From Methanomethylovorans hollandica DSM 15978 (GTDB taxonomy: Archaea; Halobacteriota; Methanosarcinia; Methanosarcinales; Methanosarcinaceae), in contig NC_019977.1 in the NCBI RefSeq assembly GCF_000328665.1, positions 2,348,011 to 2,412,010 of the forward strand: DNA of 64,000 nt. The letters run 5' to 3'. Each line of letters opens with the position of its first letter. Positions within the stretch are counted from its first letter, which is position 1. Positions 23,449 through 32,519 of this stretch are shown one piece after another. The notes below the pieces were generated by a model, which did no database searches, was not told the origin of the DNA, and worked only from the letters and a program-made list of their open reading frames with translations. The position numbers were made by a program, and so were the translations under genes.

Positions 23449-24189
23449 TTATTCCTTAACCTCTTCAAAACTCTTTATTTCCGGTTCATACCCTTTTTCA
23501 ATTGAATCCAGCAATTCTTTCTGCTCCACATACTCATATTCCCTTACAGCCAGTCCATCATCGGTTAAAGTGAATTTGCCTAAATAATATCCACTTACAA
23601 GATAGTGCTTTGGGCCGATTTTATTAAATAAGGGATATGTATCCTCCCGAAGGTATAGTAAAACTTTTTCACCTTCTTTAAAAGAGGGTTCATAATCGAC
23701 AGCTATACCTACAACTTCATCTTCTCCTCCTTCAATACGAACTCTGACCTCCTTTTGGTCAAGTGGGTTCTTAAGATACTTGTCCACAGTTATGATGATA
23801 TCAGTATATATAGTAGCATTTCCACCAATATTATCAATTGAATCGTTTTGCCTTTTTCCATCTGGGGTGTTCCATTTTGAAGGTAGGATCTCCTTTACTG
23901 TGCCAATAACAATAGATTCAGATCGCTGGTTTAGCTCAGTAAAATTGAGGTATGCTAGCGATGCACTTATTGGAATTATTATTCTTGGGGAGTTTACTTC
24001 TTCATTGTTGCCTTCCACATGTTGCTCCAGATTGTCATCACTTACTTGAACAGATACTTGTTGCACGTTTTTTTCTGAAGAGCCATTTTGCAAATGTTGT
24101 GTTGGATACCCTGATAAGACTATACCTGCAATTAACACTGATAGCAATCCAATACTCAGTAATCCATATTTTGTTGTTCTATTTACCAT
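23449..24189 (-). CDS. Membrane-anchored exported protein with a TIMP/NTR-like OB-fold pattern
   Basis: N-terminal TM helix; SESIVIGTVKEI...IYTDIIITVDKYLK...VRVRIEGG...PSFKEGEKVLLYL; starts 9 nt downstream of the matrixin gene. Confidence 0.6.
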   Translation of the reverse strand: MVNRTTKYGLLSIGLLSVLIAGIVLSGYPTQHLQNGSSEKNVQQVSVQVSDDNLEQHVEGNNEEVNSPRIIIPISASLAYLNFTELNQRSESIVIGTVKEILPSKWNTPDGKRQNDSIDNIGGNATIYTDIIITVDKYLKNPLDQKEVRVRIEGGEDEVVGIAVDYEPSFKEGEKVLLYLREDTYPLFNKIGPKHYLVSGYYLGKFTLTDDGLAVREYEYVEQKELLDSIEKGYEPEIKSFEEVKE

Positions 24190-24198
24190 TATACCACC

Positions 24199-24753
24199 TT
24201 ATGTCCCGTATATTGCAATAATCCCGTTTTTGTCATCTTGTTCAAGGCTTCTTTTGTCTACAGTGCCTGAATTAATACTTTCAAACATGGTGGCAGTCGT
24301 ACTGGTTGAATGACCCAAACCAACGCCATGTCCAAACTCATGAGCCAATACACTTTGAACATCATATTTGCCTGAAGGACATGTGCTCGAAGTAGACCAA
24401 CTAGAACTGTAATCACTGTTCAACTTAATTAGTATTTTAGATAATCTTGTTGTTCCAGTATAATAAGTCGGAGTGCAGGTCCCCAAAGCATTTGAACCTG
24501 ATCCAAAAGAGGAATACTGTACCTTATTGTTCGAGTTTACAGACCAATAATAACTAAAGTATGCACCAGCGTTTGTCCAACTGTTAGCAGATGCCTTTAC
24601 AGAATTCGTATATCCGCTTGGAATCGAACTATCAATTGTATAACCCACTGAGTGTGCATTCCAGTAATAGTTTGTAGTATATGCTGATGCTGGACATATT
24701 AAACACAACAGCATCAGACAAAACACAATTAGTCGATTTGATATTTTTGTCAT
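24199..24753 (-). CDS. Secreted matrixin (M10) zinc metalloprotease
   Basis: Signal peptide ending PASA; HEFGHGVGLGH (HExxHxxGxxH); Met-turn ATMF; DDKNGIIAIYG. Confidence 0.9.
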   Translation of the reverse strand: MTKISNRLIVFCLMLLCLICPASAYTTNYYWNAHSVGYTIDSSIPSGYTNSVKASANSWTNAGAYFSYYWSVNSNNKVQYSSFGSGSNALGTCTPTYYTGTTRLSKILIKLNSDYSSSWSTSSTCPSGKYDVQSVLAHEFGHGVGLGHSTSTTATMFESINSGTVDKRSLEQDDKNGIIAIYGT

Positions 24754-25151
24754 ATATTTACCTCATTATTTTTGAGGCAAGAACACGATAGATTTAAGTT
24801 TAGTAAAACTAACATAGTCTTGCCTCAGGGCGTTTGGGGTTCAAATTTACTTTGCAGGTTTCGTTTGAACCCCATTCCGCATTATCGGTTGTGGCGTAAC
24901 TCAATTAAATTTGTTTAGATAAAAATTTTACTGTTATGCCATCAAACTGAGAATTTGTTTGCTACCTTAATACATAAAGAAGATAAATTGCATTAATATT
25001 GAATACTTTTGCAAGACTGTAGCAATATGTAATGGTATGAATGCTTTTATGGCTATGAACTAGGATGTTGAACAGAGAAATACTATTGAATTTGAATCGC
25101 AGAGGTACCGCATTAAAAGAGAAAAGAGTTTTTAAGTAAAAGCCCTCTAAA

Positions 25152-26207
25152 CTATTTCATTGCCATTTCCAGCAGATCAAGGACATCAATAACTTCGACT
25201 TTTGGTCCTCCACGCTTAAGATTTGTCCTGCACAGAGGACAGGACGTGACTAGATAATCCACACCTTCGGGTATCTCTTCCAGGCGTTTCTTTGAAAGGG
25301 CCATAGACAGGTCAGGATAACCTTTCAGCACTCCACCACCCGCACCACAGCAGCGGGATTGCTCGTGATGGGATCTCATTTCCTTGAGTTCACAGATCGA
25401 TGTGATGATCTTCCGGGGTGCATCAAAGATGCCATTGCATCTTCCCAGATGACAGGGATCATGATAGGTCACTGTGATGTCCAGATGTTTGAGGTCCATC
25501 TCTTGAAGACGCTCTGCCAGGAACTCTGAAACATGCATCACTTTCAGATCACTGTGATAATCGTTCTTAAGAGTGGTATAACATCCTGCGCAGCCTGTGA
25601 TGATGGTATGCGCACCGATCCTTCTTATCTGTTCCAGATTCTTAGATACAAGGGCATCCGGGTCCAAACCTGTACGGAACAGGGGTGAACCGCAGCAAAC
25701 CTCCTCAGGGATCAGGGTGACATCGAACTTCTTAAGCAGATCAAATGTCCTGCGTGTAAGCTCAGGATACCTGTAAGAACCTAGACATCCCACAAAAAAA
25801 ACGTAAGGAGCATGCTCTTTGATGTCGGCGGCATCTTCAAGCCAGGCATGACGATACTGTGTTTCTCCAAGAGGATTGCCCGCTAATGAAGCGGCATCAC
25901 GCAATGCTGCCTGAGCATCCGTCATTCTGCCCTTAAGCACAAGCTGGTGGCGGGCATCCTGGACAACCTGAACGGGAGAGGCGCCTGAAGGGCACATCTG
26001 TTCGCACAGCCCGCAGGTCGTGCATGTATTGAGGCTGTTCAGCACGTCCTGATCTGCCTCAAGACCTTGAGAAACACCATGAGCAACAAGCATACGACCT
26101 CTGGAGCTTGCTGATTCCCAGCCTACCTGCTCAAAAACAGGACATACTGACCTGCATGTACCACAACGTACACATTTAAGGATGGATCTCAGATCAAGAT
26201 TGGACAT
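25152..26207 (-). CDS. Fe-S oxidoreductase, GlcF/CCG-domain family
   Basis: Two 4Fe-4S motifs (CVRCGTCRSVCP, CTTCGLCEQMCP) and two CCG domains, YHDPCHLGR. Confidence 0.9.
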   Translation of the reverse strand: MSNLDLRSILKCVRCGTCRSVCPVFEQVGWESASSRGRMLVAHGVSQGLEADQDVLNSLNTCTTCGLCEQMCPSGASPVQVVQDARHQLVLKGRMTDAQAALRDAASLAGNPLGETQYRHAWLEDAADIKEHAPYVFFVGCLGSYRYPELTRRTFDLLKKFDVTLIPEEVCCGSPLFRTGLDPDALVSKNLEQIRRIGAHTIITGCAGCYTTLKNDYHSDLKVMHVSEFLAERLQEMDLKHLDITVTYHDPCHLGRCNGIFDAPRKIITSICELKEMRSHHEQSRCCGAGGGVLKGYPDLSMALSKKRLEEIPEGVDYLVTSCPLCRTNLKRGGPKVEVIDVLDLLEMAMK

Positions 26208-26208
26208 A

Positions 26209-27591
26209 TCACACCCCCATCTTGCCGGGATTCAGTATCCCTTTAGGATCAAGGGCCTTCTTGATAGTGATCATGACATCCAATGCATTTCCCAGTTCCA
26301 GGCGCATGTATTCAGATCTCGCACTTCCCACGCCGTGCTCTGCAGTGACCGTGCCACCGATCTCAATGGCTGTACGGTGGATCTTATCAGCTGCAGCGTT
26401 CAGCTTTTTCCAGGCCTCGTCGCTGAGCATGTCTATACACATGCCTGTATGCAGGTTGCCATCTCCAATGTGACCATAGGTCATGATAGGCAGCTTGAAC
26501 TCTCTGGAGATCTCATCCACCTTACGCAGCATTCTTGGGATCTCTTTTATGGGGACGCCAACATCCTCTCCAACATAGACCCTGGTACGCATGGGGTCCA
26601 GACGCGAGATTGCTGCACCCACCAGCCTGCGGGCAGCCCATATCTCATCCCTTTCTTTCTTATCCGAAGCTGTCCTGATATCTGAAGACAAGCCTTCACA
26701 TGTTTTTACTATGAGACCGATACCTTCCTTTACTTCAGCTTCAGTACCATCAACTTCAAAAAGAAGAATGGCACCGGCAAGCGGAAGGCCTAATTTAGGA
26801 TCATACGTATTTATTGCCCGGATAATATTCGCATCCAGTATCTCGCATGCAGAAGGAATTATCCCTGATGAGAGAACTCTCACAACAGCTTTACCTGCAA
26901 TTTCAGGGCTATCGAATGAAGCAAATAGGACAGAGCTTTCTTTGGGAATGGCACGCACCTTGATTATTGCCTGGGTGATGATACCAAGAGTACCCTCCGA
27001 ACCGACCATGAGATCAGTGAGAGAATAACCTACAACTGTTTTCATTGTTTTTGAGCCTGTTCTTATTATTTTCCCATCTGCCATCACTACCTCAAGACCA
27101 AGCACATAACTGCGAGTAGTACCATATTTCACGGAGCGCATTCCACTGCCATTATTGGCAATGAGACCTCCCAGAGTGCACATTGCAGAACTTCCTGGGT
27201 CCGGAGGGAAGAAAAAGCCGTATGGTTCCAGGGCCTTATTGAGCTTTTCCTGAACTATCCCCGGTTCCACTACCACCTGGAGATTATCAAAATCCATTTC
27301 CACTATCCTGTTCATTCCAGACATATCAAGGACAATTCCACCTTCCAAAGGAACACAGCCACCCGACAAACCTGTGCCGGCTCCCCTGGTAGTCACCGGA
27401 ATACCATGCTCATAAGCGATCCTGACAATATCTGAAACCTGAACAGTAGTCAGTGGTTTAATGACAAGTTCCGGCATACCTCTTATCTGAGAAGCATCAG
27501 AGGAATAACAATAGAGCTCACAGGTAGCAGCAGATAGATTGTCCTTACCTACGATCTTTCCTATTTTTTCGATTAGGTCAACATTGAGCAT
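26209..27591 (-). CDS. FAD-linked oxidase, GlcD/D-lactate dehydrogenase family
   Basis: RGAGTGLSGG, FFPPDPGS, GSEGTLG, GHIGDGNLH, AEHGVG, DPKGILNPGK; start at 27591 preferred. Confidence 0.9.
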   Translation of the reverse strand: MLNVDLIEKIGKIVGKDNLSAATCELYCYSSDASQIRGMPELVIKPLTTVQVSDIVRIAYEHGIPVTTRGAGTGLSGGCVPLEGGIVLDMSGMNRIVEMDFDNLQVVVEPGIVQEKLNKALEPYGFFFPPDPGSSAMCTLGGLIANNGSGMRSVKYGTTRSYVLGLEVVMADGKIIRTGSKTMKTVVGYSLTDLMVGSEGTLGIITQAIIKVRAIPKESSVLFASFDSPEIAGKAVVRVLSSGIIPSACEILDANIIRAINTYDPKLGLPLAGAILLFEVDGTEAEVKEGIGLIVKTCEGLSSDIRTASDKKERDEIWAARRLVGAAISRLDPMRTRVYVGEDVGVPIKEIPRMLRKVDEISREFKLPIMTYGHIGDGNLHTGMCIDMLSDEAWKKLNAAADKIHRTAIEIGGTVTAEHGVGSARSEYMRLELGNALDVMITIKKALDPKGILNPGKMGV

Positions 27592-27692
27592 AGCTTTGAT
27601 TTTAGAGAAGTGGTCATTATTTAAAGATATCGGTGATATCACAGAAATTTATAGCAAACATTTACATCTAACTATGTAGTATCCTACAAAGA

Positions 27693-29525
27693 ATGACACG
27701 ATATTTCGAGGTATACCAGAGAGATGGTGCAGCAAGAAAGGGAAGGCTGCTCCTTTCCAGAACTATTGAGACCCCATACGTCCTGAAAACCGAGACTCTG
27801 AAAGATAATACTGGACCAATCGTAGATGCTGGCTCCTTGTGGGAAATAGGGAATGTAGAAAAAGCTGAACATAGGCTGGAACAGCTTAGAAGAGAAATCG
27901 GGGACAATAGGCTGATCATATTACCTCATATGTGTCTTGTACCTGATGCTCCTGACTGCATACCGGAATCCTTGGAAATGCTTGTATCAAATACTGGAGC
28001 TACCGGAAGGGTATACCGTGAAGGAAGAGCTCAGAAAGCTGCCGATCTTTACATACTTGAGGGAGCAGCTGTCTTTGAGAACAACGCAAGGGCATTACTG
28101 GAAAAAGTACTTGATATGAAAGATAATATGCCAGATGATACAGCATTATACCTCCCTGGTATCTGCCTTCCAGAAAACCTTGCAATGCTTGTGTACATCG
28201 GAGCCGATGTGCTGGATACCACTAAGGCCACTGTCGCAGCATATAAGGATATGTATCTAACCCATGCAGGCAGTTTCCGTCTGGCATCACTTTCTGAACT
28301 GCCTTGCAGATGTTCTACCTGTGCATCTATCACTGCAGATGAACTGAAAAATATGGACAAAACTTCCAGATCACAAATGCTCGAAAAGCATAATATAAAT
28401 GCAATGGAAGCTGAGCTTGCCCTGGTAAGAGAAAAGATATCTTCAGGCAATCTTCGGGAATACGTGGATGGGCAATGCCGTACCAGACCCTGGCTTACTG
28501 CACTGTTGAGACTGCTGGACAGAGAATATCAACATATTGAGAGGGGAACTCCGATCACACGCAATGTGGAGATGCTTGCTAATTCAGGAGATTCTCTCAC
28601 AAGACCGGAGGTTGTGAGGTTTGCACGTAGGATACAGGAAAGATACACTCCTCCTGAACTGGATGTACTTCTGCTCTTGCCATGCTCCGCAAAGAAACCC
28701 TATTCCATTTCACAATCCCACCAGAAGTTCGGTCTGGCTCTGGGCAAGTACCGCAAATTTGTACATGAGGTAATAATTACATCACCTCTTGGGATAGTTC
28801 CCAGAGAACTTGAGCTGACATATCCGGCAGCTCATTATGATGTTGCTGTAACAGGTCACTGGGATGCCGAAGAAATGAAGTGGGTTTCAGAATGTCTTGA
28901 AGACTATCTTTCAAAGCACAGGTATGCTGCAATAGTGGCACATGTAGATGGAGCTTACAAGCAGATATGCGAGATGGTAGCCGATAAGCTTGGCCTGGAG
29001 ATACACTTCACGAACACCGGCAGTGTCACTTCTCATGAGTCCCTCAGGAACCTTAGTAAGATGATGGAAGGACTGTGCACAGGGCGGACTATGAATGAAA
29101 CAAAAAGGAAAGCCTCTATGTTGCGGGCCATTGCGGACTACCAGTTTGGAAAGGGGGCAGGAGAAATAGTAGTTCCGGATAATTCGGAAATTAAGGGACC
29201 TTTTCCCAGATATCAATCATTTTATGAAAAAACCCAGCTTACAACCCTGATACCCCAGTATGGAACACTGGCAGTTACTATTGAAGGAGCGGAAATGATG
29301 ATCCCACGCAATTCCTGCATTGTCCGGATAGACGACTTCATGCCAAGAGGTTCTATTCTCGCCCCGGGGATCCTGGAAGCCGACCATGCCATTCGAGAAG
29401 GGGACGAAGTGTTTGTGGTAGGAGAAAAAGCAATTGGTGTTGGCCGGGCACGTATGAACGGGAAGGAGATGAGCATGTCTACAAGAGGCCAGGCAATAGA
29501 CCTGCGCCATGTAAAACCTAAATGA
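27693..29525 (+). CDS. arcS: Archaeosine synthase alpha subunit (TgtA2)
   Basis: RDGAARKG TGT-like N-terminus, LLPCSAKKPYS, TSPLGIVPRELE, C-terminal PUA domain. Confidence 0.9.
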   Translation: MTRYFEVYQRDGAARKGRLLLSRTIETPYVLKTETLKDNTGPIVDAGSLWEIGNVEKAEHRLEQLRREIGDNRLIILPHMCLVPDAPDCIPESLEMLVSNTGATGRVYREGRAQKAADLYILEGAAVFENNARALLEKVLDMKDNMPDDTALYLPGICLPENLAMLVYIGADVLDTTKATVAAYKDMYLTHAGSFRLASLSELPCRCSTCASITADELKNMDKTSRSQMLEKHNINAMEAELALVREKISSGNLREYVDGQCRTRPWLTALLRLLDREYQHIERGTPITRNVEMLANSGDSLTRPEVVRFARRIQERYTPPELDVLLLLPCSAKKPYSISQSHQKFGLALGKYRKFVHEVIITSPLGIVPRELELTYPAAHYDVAVTGHWDAEEMKWVSECLEDYLSKHRYAAIVAHVDGAYKQICEMVADKLGLEIHFTNTGSVTSHESLRNLSKMMEGLCTGRTMNETKRKASMLRAIADYQFGKGAGEIVVPDNSEIKGPFPRYQSFYEKTQLTTLIPQYGTLAVTIEGAEMMIPRNSCIVRIDDFMPRGSILAPGILEADHAIREGDEVFVVGEKAIGVGRARMNGKEMSMSTRGQAIDLRHVKPK

Positions 29526-30061
29526 CATGGTCCGGTAGCATGAATATAAGGATTCGGAACTTCAAAACTGACGACTTTGAAGATGTGCTGTACATAGAAT
29601 CGGAGTCGTTTACAGAACACAATCCTTTTGCTTACATGCACTTTTATGAAATGCATGGGGATATGTTCCTGGTTGCTGAATACCTGGACTTTATAGTTGG
29701 TTTCATAATGGGATACAGGTTGAACGAAACTGAGGGAAGAGTGTTTTCTCTTGCTGTGAGAGAGGAATTCCAGGGAAGAGGCATAGGAGCGATGCTTCTG
29801 GACTCGTTGTTCAAAGTTTTCTATTCGAACCTTTTGAAATATGCAACTCTGGAAGTGAGGACAAGTAACTTAAAGGCCAGAAACCTTTATCGCAAGATGG
29901 GGTTCATTCCATGCTGGATAGAAAAAGAATACTATTCAGATGGAGAAGATGGGATAATAATGAAACTTAAATTATCTTCATATAGGTTCCATGACCTGGA
30001 CCTCTTTGCAAAAAAAATAGAGAGCATATCCATGAGGGATAGTGAACGGTTTGATAAATGA
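29522..30061 (+). CDS. rimI: RimI/Ard1-type N-terminal acetyltransferase
   Basis: SLAVREEFQGRGIG, LEVRTSN...A..LY...GF, YYSDGEDG. Confidence 0.85.
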   Translation: MTWSGSMNIRIRNFKTDDFEDVLYIESESFTEHNPFAYMHFYEMHGDMFLVAEYLDFIVGFIMGYRLNETEGRVFSLAVREEFQGRGIGAMLLDSLFKVFYSNLLKYATLEVRTSNLKARNLYRKMGFIPCWIEKEYYSDGEDGIIMKLKLSSYRFHDLDLFAKKIESISMRDSERFDK

Positions 30062-30083
30062 TCGTTTTCTGAATGGCAGGAGT

Positions 30084-30371
30084 TCAGAAATTTTCATGCA
30101 TGATACTATGCTGCATACGTGTGGCAAGCTCTTTCATTCTTTCAGACGTTTTGCCAAAACCTGATAAGTCATCCTTGGACATTACGGATGCAAGAGTGTT
30201 ACCCAGTACAAAGATAGCGAGCTTATGTTCAGCCTTGCTTCTATGCACATGTACCGGACTTATTGCCAGAGAGTCATATGCTGAAAATGCATTTGTAAAA
30301 CCTTTTTCCTCCAGGATGCTTTTCATTTGTGCCATTAAAGTGTGCAACTGAATCAATTCGTCTTTGTGCAT
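30084..30371 (-). CDS. UPF0058 family protein
   Basis: MHKDELIQLH...ISPVHVHRSKAEHKLAIFVL. Confidence 0.85.
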   Translation of the reverse strand: MHKDELIQLHTLMAQMKSILEEKGFTNAFSAYDSLAISPVHVHRSKAEHKLAIFVLGNTLASVMSKDDLSGFGKTSERMKELATRMQHSIMHENF

Positions 30372-30562
30372 ACCAACCAACATACCCTTTTTTAGTTGTA
30401 CATTGTGCTATTGTGCACTGATGAAATTAATGTACGAGCATAGATCGATTGATTTCAATAAAAGCCTATTCTCGGAAATATGTATCCGCTTATATAATAT
30501 ATAAATACAACTTAAAAAAGAAAATAAAAACTTAAAAAAAATTATGGATTGACCATTTAGAC

Positions 30563-31891
30563 CTAAAGGTCTCTAACGGTCAATATTTTCACGGAGGCTG
30601 GTCTTTTAGTGATGCTTCCGATCTTGGCACCAACAAGATTTTCGATACCTTTATTCTCAGCAATGTCAAGGATCCTCTGAGTTATAACGCCATCAAAGAC
30701 AACACTTTTGACGTCCCCATCGTAATTCTTAAGGTTATTTACAAGGTCACGCACAGCAGTTTCACCAATCACATTATTACCAGAATCCAGGAAACGTGCA
30801 CCAAAAGTACCCATGAGTTCTTCAGCATGGGACTTGAACTTCCTGGAAGCTGGTGAAAGCTTGACAGTCTGCTCTACAACCTCCGGCTCTTCCTCTGAAG
30901 GCACCTTGACCACTACAGGTTCCTGAGAGAATTCACGTTGCTTGATCGGCCTTTTCTTTAACTTGGATGGAGCAGCAACTCTCGGGATCTCAACTGCCCT
31001 TCTTTCTTTAGGCTTTGGTACCCTCTGCACAACCGGAGCCTTAAGGGAATCTGAATCCTTCAAAGAATACTTATCCATTACCTGCTCTACTGGTATCTTT
31101 TGCCTTAGTGCCCTCACTATTTCCTTCTGTACAAGATCTTCTACGCTCTTGCCATCAGGGGCGCGGGCAATATAATCAATATTAGCCACCTGAAGAAGCT
31201 CCTTTATGATCAGCTCTCCTCCGCGGTCACCATCAGTAAAAGCAGTTACAGTTTCCTTTTTCTTAGTTAGATCTGCAACCTCTGGAGGTACATTGGTACC
31301 TCCTACACAGATAGTGTTCTTGATACCATACCTCAGCAAGTTCAACACATCTGCACGGCCTTCAACTACTACTATAGCATCTGAATCAAAAACTGCAGGA
31401 CCACAAGGTATCTTGTTTTTCCCAAAATACTGCATTTCTTCCACACGAACAGATTGACGAACCTCTTCAGCTATTTCCTGGGATTCCGGCACATTGACAT
31501 CGAACATATCAGTGAGAATAAATTTCGCACGTTCTATGATCTGCTTCCTCTTTGTAGCCCGCACATCTTCGATATTTGTTATTTCGATCTTGGCACTGCA
31601 TGGTCCGACCCTGTCAATGGTCTCCAGGGATGCGGCCAGAATAGATGTTTCCACTTTGTCCAGGCTGGAAGGCACCAGAATAGTACCCTTTGATTTACCA
31701 CCCTTTGCACTTACAAGGACTTCTATTCTCCCGATACGCCCTGTTTTCTGAAGGTCTCGCAGGTCCAGGTCCGATCCTAGCAGACCTTCGGTCTGCCCGA
31801 AGATCGCACCCACTATATCCGGGCGTTCAATAATACCATCTGCGCTGATCTTTGAATGAATGATATACTTGGTAGTATCTGCATTTTGCAT
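30563..31891 (-). CDS. dnaG: Archaeal DnaG-type primase / exosome-associated protein
   Basis: [40 protein letters not shown]...[17 protein letters not shown]. Confidence 0.95.
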   Translation of the reverse strand: MQNADTTKYIIHSKISADGIIERPDIVGAIFGQTEGLLGSDLDLRDLQKTGRIGRIEVLVSAKGGKSKGTILVPSSLDKVETSILAASLETIDRVGPCSAKIEITNIEDVRATKRKQIIERAKFILTDMFDVNVPESQEIAEEVRQSVRVEEMQYFGKNKIPCGPAVFDSDAIVVVEGRADVLNLLRYGIKNTICVGGTNVPPEVADLTKKKETVTAFTDGDRGGELIIKELLQVANIDYIARAPDGKSVEDLVQKEIVRALRQKIPVEQVMDKYSLKDSDSLKAPVVQRVPKPKERRAVEIPRVAAPSKLKKRPIKQREFSQEPVVVKVPSEEEPEVVEQTVKLSPASRKFKSHAEELMGTFGARFLDSGNNVIGETAVRDLVNNLKNYDGDVKSVVFDGVITQRILDIAENKGIENLVGAKIGSITKRPASVKILTVRDL

Positions 31892-31989
31892 ATATGAATC
31901 TCCATATTATTTATGCTATTTTTTATGCTATTATCTATGGCACATAGCTTGTTCATCTTGCAAAAACAGTCTAACAAGTAACTTACAAC

Positions 31990-32410
31990 CCCCAGGTGCA
32001 AAGAACCTGAGACCGTTTTTAGGTCACTTCAACAGTAGCATTCTGCTGAACCCAATCTCAAATATATTCGTTTTTTCCGACGTGCCACACGTAATTCAGC
32101 ATTAGATATGCCTATGTTTTGAACACACGTCTACAGCACTGGAGGGTAACTACCGTTCAATTGGTAGATCCAATATGATCAGTACATTGTATACCCTTAC
32201 AGCCATTCCCTTTGGCAATCCATATCAAATGGGATGTTTGATGCTAATTATCAAACGTGAATTCCAACTTATTACCTGATTATCGTAAATTTGGTTATGA
32301 TAAACTATTTTTGCGTGATCAGAATACCCATGTCCCATGGGTATCCTCAATGATTCTTGATAAATTTCAAGTTGATGTAGCCATATAAGTAATGATTACA
32401 ATAGGTAATA
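31990..32410. ncRNA. Candidate large structured RNA / dnaG leader
   Basis: More than ten hairpins and nested long-range helices in an ORF-poor 630-bp intergenic region (see findings). Confidence 0.45.
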
Positions 32411-32519
32411 TCCGTATGATATATAATAAACTTGTGGGTTTACAAAGATGCTCACCCCCTTTGAAAAGAGAAACAGGCTAACGAATGAACTAAATATAGA
32501 GAGAACAGAGTTCTAATAT

